From Euryarchaeota archaeon UBA53 (GTDB taxonomy: Archaea > Thermoplasmatota > Poseidoniia > Poseidoniales > Poseidoniaceae), in NCBI GenBank assembly GCA_002507425.1, contig DAZU01000043.1, positions 33,930 to 69,095 on the forward strand: a stretch of 35,166 bases of DNA, in the 5' to 3' direction. The translations under genes were made by a program, and so were the position numbers. Below the pieces are notes generated by a model. The model saw only the letters and a program-made list of their open reading frames with translations, was not told the DNA's origin and ran no database searches. Shown here one piece after another: positions 1 through 8,645 of this stretch; the stretch's first letter is position 1, and the number at the start of each line of letters is the position of its first letter.

Positions 1-342
1 CCTGGACACATGAATGTATTACTTGCTGAAGCAAACGTTCCATACGAGCAACTAATTGAGATGGATGAAATTAATCCTGAATTCCCTGAATGCGACATGG
101 CAATTGTGATCGGTGCAAATGATACCTGTAATCCAGCAGCGAGAACAGGGGAAGGGCCGCTTGCAGGAATGCCAATTATTGATGTTGATCAGGCTCGAAC
201 TGTCGTGATAATCAAGAGATCACTATCGGTAGGTTATGCTGGTGTAGATAACGATCTTTTCTATGAAGATAAGACAATGATGTTGTTCGGTGATGGTAAA
301 GCAATGATGACCGATTTGAACAACGCCATTAAAGACCTGTGA
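1..342 (+). CDS. pntB: NAD(P) transhydrogenase subunit beta, C-terminal NADP-binding domain III (5'-truncated by window)
   Basis: The frame is open from base 1 (PGHMNVLLAEANVPY). Motifs VIGANDTCNPAA, GMPI, KRSLSVGYAGVDNDLF and MLFGDGK are characteristic of PntB dIII. Confidence 0.95.
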   Translation, partial: PGHMNVLLAEANVPYEQLIEMDEINPEFPECDMAIVIGANDTCNPAARTGEGPLAGMPIIDVDQARTVVIIKRSLSVGYAGVDNDLFYEDKTMMLFGDGKAMMTDLNNAIKDL

Positions 343-353
343 CTAGTTTGTTC

Positions 354-382
354 CTCTGACCGCCCCTTTAGGGGCGACAGGG
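354..382. terminator. GC-rich hairpin after pntB (possible terminator or RNA stability element)
   Basis: Perfect inverted repeat CGCCCCT-TT-AGGGGCG at 361-376, extendable by CTCTG/CAGGG. There is no downstream poly-T, so the function is uncertain. Confidence 0.4.
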
Positions 383-423
383 AGTAACAACGTTCAATAA
401 TGGTTTCCTATTAGGTTAAATCG

Positions 424-1371
424 ATGTCACGACGACTGACTCTATTGTTAGTCGCAACTCTTTCTTTGCTATTGGCAGCCCCGGTCTTTGGAAACTCACA
501 AGGACCTCCGTGGTTACACAATGACAGGATTCTAGTCGAGGAAGGATGCAGTTGTCATGGAGCCGGTGGCTCCCCCTCATCTGAAATAATACTCTCGATT
601 ACCGGAGTGCCAAGATATTACAACACTAGTGAAACTTATTCCATGACAATATCACTCAATCACCCATCATACATTGCTGGAGGTTACATGATTTGGGACT
701 ATGGAGCGGGTACGTTTACTCCTGGAGATGGTTCAAAAATAGTTCCTGACTCAGGTGGTGCACTATCACATGACAATGTTGGAAATGATTGGGTAATCGA
801 TTGGACTGCACCTGATGAGGATGCTGGAAATGCGCACTTCTCTCTAGCCGGGAACATAGTTGATGGTAGCGGAGCACCAGACGCTGGAGATCATTGGAAT
901 ATCCTAACTTTTACAATTAATGCTCCTGATACTGCAACATCCGATTCGGACGTCAGTACGAGAACAATAAGCATAGGAAATTATGACGCACTATTTGGAC
1001 AAAAATCAGACGAAGAAATTGAGGCAGAAAAACAGGCTGCGATTGCCAATGATTACTTTTCGCAAGGTAATTTATATTTTTGGACTACTCTCTCAATAAT
1101 TATCGTTGCTGCTGTGATACAAGGTGAATTTTACGAAAGGAGATTTGGTGGAGGACCACCGCACTTGGATATGAGATTGGCAGTCCCGCAAGGGATTCGA
1201 AGAGGAGTTATTTCTCTCGGGTTAGCTATTGGATTTGGATGGGCGATAGATACTGCATTACCTTGGGGTTATACCTTAGTCATAGGAATGTGTATGCTTT
1301 GGGCGATATTTGGTGTATATAGAACTGTAGTCCAAGCAAGAGCTGAGAAGGATTCTCCGGATATGGTTTGA
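424..1371 (+). CDS. Secreted/membrane protein with Reeler-like extracellular domain and about 3 C-terminal TM helices
   Basis: N-terminal signal peptide, GCSCHG motif, a 'WVIDWTAP...F..AGN.VDG.G...GD.W' pattern typical of Reeler-like beta domains, and a hydrophobic C-terminus. Confidence 0.65.
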   Translation: MSRRLTLLLVATLSLLLAAPVFGNSQGPPWLHNDRILVEEGCSCHGAGGSPSSEIILSITGVPRYYNTSETYSMTISLNHPSYIAGGYMIWDYGAGTFTPGDGSKIVPDSGGALSHDNVGNDWVIDWTAPDEDAGNAHFSLAGNIVDGSGAPDAGDHWNILTFTINAPDTATSDSDVSTRTISIGNYDALFGQKSDEEIEAEKQAAIANDYFSQGNLYFWTTLSIIIVAAVIQGEFYERRFGGGPPHLDMRLAVPQGIRRGVISLGLAIGFGWAIDTALPWGYTLVIGMCMLWAIFGVYRTVVQARAEKDSPDMV

Positions 1372-1375
1372 TAAA

Positions 1376-2671
1376 ATGTCCGATTTGCGTTTGTCTAGCG
1401 ATCGTTTCGCTAGTATTCAGTCTCATTTACAAGAATTATCAAAGCGGATAACTGCTGTAATTATCCTAATATCCATACTTACCGTCATTTGGTCTTTTAG
1501 TGTTGGAGATATTTTGACATTTTCTCTGAGAGAAATGGATCCTTGCAATGAATCATGCCTGAGCGTTTTTTCTCCTCAGGAATGGGCAGGTGTAAAGTGG
1601 TTGACAGCTGCAATTCTTGGCATTCTGACCTCTGGTCCGTATGCTATTATCCAGATGTACTATTTCGTCAGACCCGGGCTTTTACCCAGTGAGAGGAGAA
1701 CCTTCATTTTCTGGACAATAACAATATGGATGAGCGCAGTAAGTTCACTTTTCTTGGTATCATACAAATTACTGCCATGGCTCTTTAAAGAGGGGCACAG
1801 TCTTAACCAAAATTTAGAACTCACTCCAATGTATGACGCTACTGAAATTTTAAAAATTTCAATAGTCATCTCATGGACAATAATTCTTGTAATGTCTGCC
1901 GTGACAGTTATCCTTATTTCACATTTTTCTGATTTAATCTGGCGAGGTAATGCAGACTGGTGGAGGGTAAGAGTTTATGGAATGATGTTAATGCTGCTTT
2001 GGTTTGCAATTCCCAATGAGGTTCCAGGGCTATATTTTGTGCTAGCAATGATTTCTATTGCAATTGTGGAATTATTTGGATGGAAAGCATACAGGGCACC
2101 TATTCCTGCCGCCCACGGGTTGGAGGAAATATTTGACTCTGAAGGGGGCGTTCACAGAGTATTATATTCAGACTGCTCATGTTGCGGAACCTCACCACAA
2201 ATAACGCCATTAAAGGGGATGGGAATCGTAAGATACAAATCTGTTTGTAGAGAAACAGAGCAACAAGATCATTTATTGGACCAAGTAAAAAAATTTAGGG
2301 TTACTAAGGTGGTTTTTTCGGGTTGTACAATAGAAACATTTCCTACCGACTATTTGAAATCGCTTGACATCCTAAAATGCGAAACTTCGAGTTTAGAGTT
2401 AACCTACCTAGACAATATAAAGACACATGTTTCAGATATCGATTACAAACTAGCGATGGCCAACTTGAGAAATCCTTGGAGTGATGACTCAGCCACAAAA
2501 AGGTGCTTGGAAATATTATCAAGTTATGGACCAGAAAAAATCCACTACGGAACAAAAATTCCATTTGGCCTTAACTTATCGAACAGTGAGGCATGGATCA
2601 CAAACCCCAGCAATGAATTGGTATCAAGGATGAAAGAATTCGGATATTCTGTAATACATCACAGCAATTGA
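1376..2671 (+). CDS. TatC-like membrane protein with C-terminal Cys-rich soluble domain
   Basis: 'HLQELSKRI', 'FSPQE', 'IQMYYFVRPGLLPSERR' and about 6 TM helices match TatC. There is an extra C-terminal domain of about 190 aa. Confidence 0.8.
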   Translation: MSDLRLSSDRFASIQSHLQELSKRITAVIILISILTVIWSFSVGDILTFSLREMDPCNESCLSVFSPQEWAGVKWLTAAILGILTSGPYAIIQMYYFVRPGLLPSERRTFIFWTITIWMSAVSSLFLVSYKLLPWLFKEGHSLNQNLELTPMYDATEILKISIVISWTIILVMSAVTVILISHFSDLIWRGNADWWRVRVYGMMLMLLWFAIPNEVPGLYFVLAMISIAIVELFGWKAYRAPIPAAHGLEEIFDSEGGVHRVLYSDCSCCGTSPQITPLKGMGIVRYKSVCRETEQQDHLLDQVKKFRVTKVVFSGCTIETFPTDYLKSLDILKCETSSLELTYLDNIKTHVSDIDYKLAMANLRNPWSDDSATKRCLEILSSYGPEKIHYGTKIPFGLNLSNSEAWITNPSNELVSRMKEFGYSVIHHSN

Positions 2672-2701
2672 TTGATACCAAATAACGTCCGCAACACAGC
2701 C

Positions 2702-4750
2702 ATGCGACCTATACTAGGATGGCCGATTGCCATCTTGTTAGCTATCCTTAGTATACTAGCATTCGTTAACGGAGAAGCAGTCAATAAATGGGTTGAAGAC
2801 AATTCCTTCGGGAAAAGTCCAGAAGATAATTTTGAGTTCGTAGGAGTTTCTGCAAATGAAGTCTGGCTCGCAGTGCTTGTTGACTTTCCGGACCAAAATG
2901 AACCAAGTAATTGTGACCAAAACAGAGCATCTAATCTAATTGACGATTCTGCATTAGAACACCTCCAGCAAGGTATTGGACCCAACTTCACATTACAAAT
3001 CGACTATCACGATAAAATCATTAAAACCTCTAACCCTATGGTAGACTATGGTCATGACGAAAATGGAAATAATGATGTAGGCAAGAATGGAGTGACTCCT
3101 AATTCACTTGCTAAAGAGGTCGTCGATTCAATCAAATATGATGTTAATTGGGAAAAATATGATTTGAATTCTGATGGACTAGTCGACAGATTTCTGATTC
3201 TCCATTGCACAAAACCGCAGGACAATGGTGGAGCTTCTTCTAGCATTTGGTCTCACTTTTCCTGGATTGAAGAAGTCGTTGAATTACCAAACGACATGAG
3301 TATATCACACTACTCGATTGCAAGTCAGCATTCTTCAAGTGATTTCGGGACGATTATCCATGAAATGTATCATCAATTAGGAGCAGCTGATTTATACGCA
3401 GTTGATGATGCAACTGTAAACCAAGCCTGGAAAGGTATTGGAAAGTGGGATATAATGGCCAGTGGAAATCAAAACGGAAACGGCTTATGGCCGTCTTTAC
3501 CAACTGGCCCAAGCATTGAACTTATGGGATCAAAGCGTTATACCGAGGTTGTACTCGAATGGCCAACAGCTAGCGATTGTGTCGGTCCCCAGATTCAAAT
3601 GCATGGCCTAAGTGAGGGGGGACAGTCTTTGAAAATACCAATTGGAGATATGGAGTATATATGGGTTGAATACCGAAGTGACTTCGGTTTCGATGCCTAT
3701 CTTCCCGGCAACGGCATTTTGGTCCTGCAACAAGACCTTTTGGCAGGCAATGTTGAGGACAATAACATAAATTCTCATCCTGAGAGAGCATGGATAAAAG
3801 TGATTGAATCCGATGGTGAGCAAAATATGGTTGCGGGCGCAAATGAGGGTGAGAGCACTGATTTATTTTGGGATGGTCAAGAATTTGGCTATGCTGGAAT
3901 TGAAATTCGTAATAGGGATGGGATTCTTGTAGACTGGAAGGCAAAGGTGTCGCTGGTTAATAGTACGCCGATAATTACTTTTGAATCGGAAAACTGCGGT
4001 CACTCTGTTGACATTGACCTTCCTAATTTCGGTTCATTACTCACACCTGAGATGAACATTCCAATAGAAGCAACCTGCGAGAATATTACCTTTAATTTGA
4101 CGAGTACGGACAATAGAGAGATTAAGGTAATTGATGGAGAAATAAAATTTCAATCTGTCGGTAATGTAGGAGTTGTTGGTCTGATTACTGGGTATATTAC
4201 CTGCCAAAATGGAACACATATTGATGTAAAGCACGAGTTTGAGATTATTGGCAATATTCCAGTTGAATCCAAATTTAAAGATACGATTCATGTTTCAGAT
4301 ACGGGGAAGATTCTTGTCCCAGTCCAATTCACTGGTGAAATGGAACATACTTGGATAGTTGGTCTGGACGGAGCATTAGCGAGAATAGCTACGACTGATA
4401 ATACTCAAACACTTAGCACTGAATCGTTTATTACACTAGACATCAATCCTTCTGGACTCCTTCTGGACGGTATGTTTGTAAGAGGTGAAATAATACTTGC
4501 AACCGATTCGGGACATCGATATGAAATCGAAGTAGAACTTGTGGCAAGCGATGGACAAACAACAACATTGGAAGAATGGACTGAACCATCTAGGTTAATT
4601 CCAATTGCAATTGCATTGGCTTCACTCTGGGTTGCTTTAGGAATTAAGTCACCTACCAGGAAGGTGACGTCTGAAGAGAAGGAAGTGCCAAACCCCTTTG
4701 AAGATAGCAACAACCCACCCCTTGTTGACACCCTCGGCGAGTCTTACTGA
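2702..4750 (+). CDS. M6 family (immune inhibitor A-like) zinc metalloprotease, membrane anchored
   Basis: LVDFPD, YDLNSDGLVDRFLILH, IWSH, HEMYHQLGAADLY (HExxHxxGxxD; HEMYH at 3359-3373) and WDIMASG Met-turn, with N- and C-terminal hydrophobic helices. ATG 2702 is preferred over TTG 2672. Confidence 0.9.
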   Translation: MRPILGWPIAILLAILSILAFVNGEAVNKWVEDNSFGKSPEDNFEFVGVSANEVWLAVLVDFPDQNEPSNCDQNRASNLIDDSALEHLQQGIGPNFTLQIDYHDKIIKTSNPMVDYGHDENGNNDVGKNGVTPNSLAKEVVDSIKYDVNWEKYDLNSDGLVDRFLILHCTKPQDNGGASSSIWSHFSWIEEVVELPNDMSISHYSIASQHSSSDFGTIIHEMYHQLGAADLYAVDDATVNQAWKGIGKWDIMASGNQNGNGLWPSLPTGPSIELMGSKRYTEVVLEWPTASDCVGPQIQMHGLSEGGQSLKIPIGDMEYIWVEYRSDFGFDAYLPGNGILVLQQDLLAGNVEDNNINSHPERAWIKVIESDGEQNMVAGANEGESTDLFWDGQEFGYAGIEIRNRDGILVDWKAKVSLVNSTPIITFESENCGHSVDIDLPNFGSLLTPEMNIPIEATCENITFNLTSTDNREIKVIDGEIKFQSVGNVGVVGLITGYITCQNGTHIDVKHEFEIIGNIPVESKFKDTIHVSDTGKILVPVQFTGEMEHTWIVGLDGALARIATTDNTQTLSTESFITLDINPSGLLLDGMFVRGEIILATDSGHRYEIEVELVASDGQTTTLEEWTEPSRLIPIAIALASLWVALGIKSPTRKVTSEEKEVPNPFEDSNNPPLVDTLGESY

Positions 4751-5596
4751 AAGGCAAACTCCCTCCCAGTTTTTGGGTACATCTGATTCCATCTGCATCA
4801 AAAACGGGGCATGATCTTCATCAACCGGAGTTGAATAAACTCTCCATCGACAACCATACTTGAATCCCGGCCTAAGTAGCAATCCACGAGAATTTAATTC
4901 ACCAAATAAATCTGTGACCTGGTTTTTCACACCATTAATCCAATCCTTCTCATCCTGTCTAAGGAATCTTCTTGACAGATGTTCTACACCTAACAATGGA
5001 TGATTTTCTCTAGTGGCAGGGATTAGTTTCCCCCTAGGATCGATAATCTCAAGTCGATACATCGTGACATCCATTTCTTCGTCAACGATAGCTAGTTCCC
5101 CATCCAATTCTCTTTCTTTTAACTCCATACACCATTCAAATAATGTTTCAATATTCAACTCATCCTTGGTTCTTGCCCAGTGTATGGAAGCCGTCGGTTT
5201 ACCACGAGAAGGATGTGATTCTCGAGGCCATCTGAGCCATTCTCCATCAACCGGTACGACTTTATCTCCTGCGTTTCTAACAACATCGAAGGCCACAGAT
5301 TTATGAGCAAAATTCGGATCTTCGTTTAACCTATCATTCACCCACCCTTCGGGTAATGGCACGTGGCGATGCCAGTGGCAAAACAATGCCTCCTCCTCTG
5401 TGACGATTATACCCCCATCAATTGGTTTCCCAATTGCAGATTTTTGAAAAAGGCGATTTGATAGTGGGGCGGATATAAACCATCCATCTTCGTGTTTAGC
5501 AAGTGTAGGGTTTTCTTTAACAGGCCCCTCAGCAGATTTCAAGCCAATTGGTCTTGTTGGACGTAATCTGGGTTTCGACCTACGTCCCTCCGACAT
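4649..5596 (-). CDS. endA: tRNA-intron (splicing) endonuclease, two-unit homodimeric type
   Basis: The C-terminal catalytic unit GFKYGCRWRVY...DHAPF...VRLAEGVNK carries the Tyr/His/Lys triad. The degenerate N-terminal unit ends in AIVDEEMDVTMY. Confidence 0.88.
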   Translation of the reverse strand: MSEGRRSKPRLRPTRPIGLKSAEGPVKENPTLAKHEDGWFISAPLSNRLFQKSAIGKPIDGGIIVTEEEALFCHWHRHVPLPEGWVNDRLNEDPNFAHKSVAFDVVRNAGDKVVPVDGEWLRWPRESHPSRGKPTASIHWARTKDELNIETLFEWCMELKERELDGELAIVDEEMDVTMYRLEIIDPRGKLIPATRENHPLLGVEHLSRRFLRQDEKDWINGVKNQVTDLFGELNSRGLLLRPGFKYGCRWRVYSTPVDEDHAPFLMQMESDVPKNWEGVCLSVRLAEGVNKGWVVAIFKGVWHFLLFRRHLPGR

Positions 5597-5658
5597 AACC
5601 CCACGGATAATAACCAGTCTTATTTGCCTCCCCCCTTTTCGCCTGACTAGGGACTGTT

Positions 5659-6618
5659 ATGGTCGATGGATATCTCGGGACAATGACTACCGAGGAGAGG
5701 ATGTTATTACATCTATATGACAATCCATTGCCAGAAGGACATTGGGAGGCACCAATCGCAATTACACAAGCTGGCATCTCAGCAGCAGTACATGTTCAAA
5801 GAAAACATGTTCCTCGAACACTAAAAAGGTTGGAAAGTCGGGAAGACCTAGTAACGGCCCAACGCCATATACCCGGGGCGAGGCAAAGAAGGCGAGTATA
5901 TGGGCTAACTCCATCTGGAAAATTACGTGCAGGAGAATTACGAGATCGTATATTATCATTAGTTGTATTCAAGAATGATGCCAAAACTAAACTCGGACAA
6001 TTGCGTGGTGGCGGACAATTGACCCTTGAACTGCTGTCACATCTTGATGAGGGCCTGGTTTTCCATAGCCAACCGGTAATATCCCCTATATCGAACCCAG
6101 AGGGAATTGCATCCTTGGATGCACAAGCTGGTGAGAATCTTGTAAGGAGAATGTTAGCAAGGGCCTGGGAAGATGGTAAAATCACAAAGGATGAGCAGCA
6201 GTTGATTACAGAGGTTGTTGATTTCCTCGGTATGCATCCTCAAAGGGTACGTAGAATATCTGATGAAGCTCGAAGACAGCAAAATGCTCCCCCACCAGAA
6301 GATGTTTACCGGGACATGTTACGTCAGGCCCTAGTCGATGGTCAGATAATTGAGGATGAAATTGCTTTATTAAAAACCATGAGGGAAGCATTTGGAATCG
6401 ATCAAGCAACACACAATGAGTTGCTATCACAAGCCCAAGAGGATCCTGTGCTTGATGAGATTTCCGCAACGTATAGGGCCACTTTAGTAACAGCTCTGGA
6501 AGACGGAATGATAACAACTGATGAAGATGCTATGCTAAACACCCTCAGAGCAAAACTCGGAATAACCGATAATAAGCATGCTACGATGCTAGCTGAACTT
6601 CTTGACAGAGATGATTAA
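5659..6618 (+). CDS. Winged-helix (MarR-like) DNA-binding protein with three TerB-like helical repeats
   Basis: N-terminal TQAGISAAVHVQRKHVPRTLKRL...RVYGLTPSG wHTH, plus three repeats AxxDGxIxxDExxxxxxxxxxxG. Confidence 0.75.
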   Translation: MVDGYLGTMTTEERMLLHLYDNPLPEGHWEAPIAITQAGISAAVHVQRKHVPRTLKRLESREDLVTAQRHIPGARQRRRVYGLTPSGKLRAGELRDRILSLVVFKNDAKTKLGQLRGGGQLTLELLSHLDEGLVFHSQPVISPISNPEGIASLDAQAGENLVRRMLARAWEDGKITKDEQQLITEVVDFLGMHPQRVRRISDEARRQQNAPPPEDVYRDMLRQALVDGQIIEDEIALLKTMREAFGIDQATHNELLSQAQEDPVLDEISATYRATLVTALEDGMITTDEDAMLNTLRAKLGITDNKHATMLAELLDRDD

Positions 6619-6645
6619 AAATTACACACTTAGGGGCAAATCAAC

Positions 6646-7695
6646 ATGGGAATGAGTGACATACAACACGAGACGCATGACAGACTTATGAATCTCCAGA
6701 CTAAAATCAAAAATATTTCCGGAGATGTTGTTTTAGTCGGAGATATAATGCTTGACCGATATATACACGGTTACGCAAACAATCTCAATTCCAGAGCACC
6801 TGTTCCGGTATTAAAAGAGACTCACAGGCACAGCGATGTTGGTGCAGCTGCACACGTTGCTAGAGGTTTAGAGAACATTGGACTTGATGCGATTCTCTTC
6901 GGTGTTGTTGGGGATGATTTAGCAGGGTCTGAAATAATTGATGCCTTGGAAGAAGAAGAGGTTGAATGCGATGGTATCGCAATTATCGAAGACAGAATAA
7001 CCACCGTAAAAACTAGACTAATTGCTGGCAGAGAATATTTGATTTCAAATCAACAATTAGTGCTTAGATGGGACATAGAGGATGATGCTGCGATAAGTTC
7101 AACTGCTCATAATGCGATAATCGAGAGTGCTGTTAATCGAATTGCAAAATCAGACGTTGTTGTGATATCTGATTACGGACAGGGAGTGGTGACTGATGAG
7201 GGTGCTGCGAAACTAATCACCGCTGCGAAACATGCGAGCGTACCTGTAATCTGTGATCCTAAATTAACAGGCTTGCACAGGACTAAGGGTGCTGACTGGG
7301 TCATCTTTCAGACTAGAGGGTTAGATTTGATGGCAAAAAGGATGGCCAGTAATGACTCGTCTCAAGCAGCAAAGATGCTAATACAGGAAAATAAGTGGAA
7401 GAATTTAATGGTTTTACAGGGTGAAAATGGTGTAACAATCTACACTGAAGATGATGTAGTATCCATACCCTGCACATTATCTGAACCGCGCGGTGTTATT
7501 GGCATTATCGATGCCGCTGCTGTTGCTGTTGCAGCGGGTGTGAGATTGAAATTGGAAGTAACTGACATCGGCCATCTTGCAAACGCAGCATGTGAATGTA
7601 TAATGAGCGGGACACAGAAGTTCACTCTTACCAGCGACGATTTGGCTAATCGATTGGGTGAAGTCGCCTGGAGCTTGCAAATTTCTCAGAGGTGA
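6646..7695 (+). CDS. PfkB/ribokinase-family protein, RfaE/HldE domain I-like
   Basis: VGDIMLDRY, APVPV, GVVGDD.AG, TTVKTR, VVISDYGQGV and VICDPK are present. Several catalytic motifs are divergent. Confidence 0.85.
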   Translation: MGMSDIQHETHDRLMNLQTKIKNISGDVVLVGDIMLDRYIHGYANNLNSRAPVPVLKETHRHSDVGAAAHVARGLENIGLDAILFGVVGDDLAGSEIIDALEEEEVECDGIAIIEDRITTVKTRLIAGREYLISNQQLVLRWDIEDDAAISSTAHNAIIESAVNRIAKSDVVVISDYGQGVVTDEGAAKLITAAKHASVPVICDPKLTGLHRTKGADWVIFQTRGLDLMAKRMASNDSSQAAKMLIQENKWKNLMVLQGENGVTIYTEDDVVSIPCTLSEPRGVIGIIDAAAVAVAAGVRLKLEVTDIGHLANAACECIMSGTQKFTLTSDDLANRLGEVAWSLQISQR

Positions 7696-7699
7696 TTTC

Positions 7700-8167
7700 T
7701 TGAGTTTTTGGGTTAGACCCACTACTGCTGATGTTGGAATAAGAGCATTTGGCAAAAATCGGAATGACCTACTGAGAGAAATTACACTTGGTATGCAATC
7801 AATATTGCTAGAAGATCAGCAAGACACGAATTCCTTAATCAGGAAAAGTGCAACATGGAGAGTAAAACATGATGGGGATGTCGACATACTTGTCGTAAAG
7901 TGGTTAGATGAGATTTTGTATCGGAGTGAAGTTCACAATGAATTCTTGCTAGATTGCCTGCCAATTATTAAAGATGGCCGAATTGAAAGTCAAGTCTCAT
8001 ACGTTGACAAGAACCAGGTTGAATTAGAACTTGAAATCAAAGCGGTTACAACCCATGAGTTTTTGTTTCGAGAGGTCACTACCGGGGAAGTTGTTGATTC
8101 GGATTACGTAGATATTCCCCTATTCTACGGCCCGGGTTGGGTTGGAGATGTCGTCTTCGACATTTGA
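7700..8167 (+). CDS. Archease (RtcB tRNA ligase activator family)
   Basis: TTADVG near the N-terminus, WLDEILY, EIKAVTTH and terminal VVFDI. TTG start at 7700 is preceded by SD-like GAGGTGA (7689-7695) overlapping the upstream stop. Confidence 0.9.
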   Translation: MSFWVRPTTADVGIRAFGKNRNDLLREITLGMQSILLEDQQDTNSLIRKSATWRVKHDGDVDILVVKWLDEILYRSEVHNEFLLDCLPIIKDGRIESQVSYVDKNQVELELEIKAVTTHEFLFREVTTGEVVDSDYVDIPLFYGPGWVGDVVFDI

Positions 8168-8581
8168 GGTCAAAACTATCCCAAGAATTAGGCCAATTGG
8201 ACCCAACATCATGCAAGTTATGAGAATAGGTGCGGAAATCTGTAACGGCCTTTGAGCCCTTAACATTCGCATCCAAACATAGCGCCCTGCAAATGTATCC
8301 ATTACAAGAAAATGTAACCACGCAAGTATTATCATCTCATCTGAAGAAAACAAGTCAATTACAATTACAGGTGTTGGCGTCTCAGTCCCAAGAGTTACCA
8401 AAACATTACCAAGATTTGGTAACAATAAACACGCATACGACAGAACCAAAGGAAATAGGCAAATTTTTACATTTCCTACAATCTTTTTGGTAATTTCACT
8501 TGAAGGTAAGAACCACATCATAATCCACAGAGGAAATATGTAAAAAGTGGAAAACCAAAATGTAATGTCAATTAGTTCCAT
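8120..8581 (-). CDS. ABA4-like (DUF4281) membrane protein
   Basis: PLWIMMWFLP, AWLHFLVMDTFAGRY and MMLGPIGL motifs of the ABA4/DUF4281 family. ATG 8581 was chosen because the longer start overlaps the SRP RNA. Confidence 0.8.
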   Translation of the reverse strand: MELIDITFWFSTFYIFPLWIMMWFLPSSEITKKIVGNVKICLFPLVLSYACLLLPNLGNVLVTLGTETPTPVIVIDLFSSDEMIILAWLHFLVMDTFAGRYVWMRMLRAQRPLQISAPILITCMMLGPIGLILGIVLTSNVEDDISNPTRAVE

Positions 8582-8645
8582 GAAATCTTGGAACCTGTAA
8601 TGATTGATAATACTTGCAATCAATCCAAGAGGTTGGTGGGAATTC

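Noticed and set aside
7658-7699. N-terminal extensions in the ORF track (7658, 8668, 10369, 16047, 28756, 33086)
   Set aside because: They overlap neighbouring genes or promoters. Downstream starts fit family N-termini and the SD or promoter positions better.
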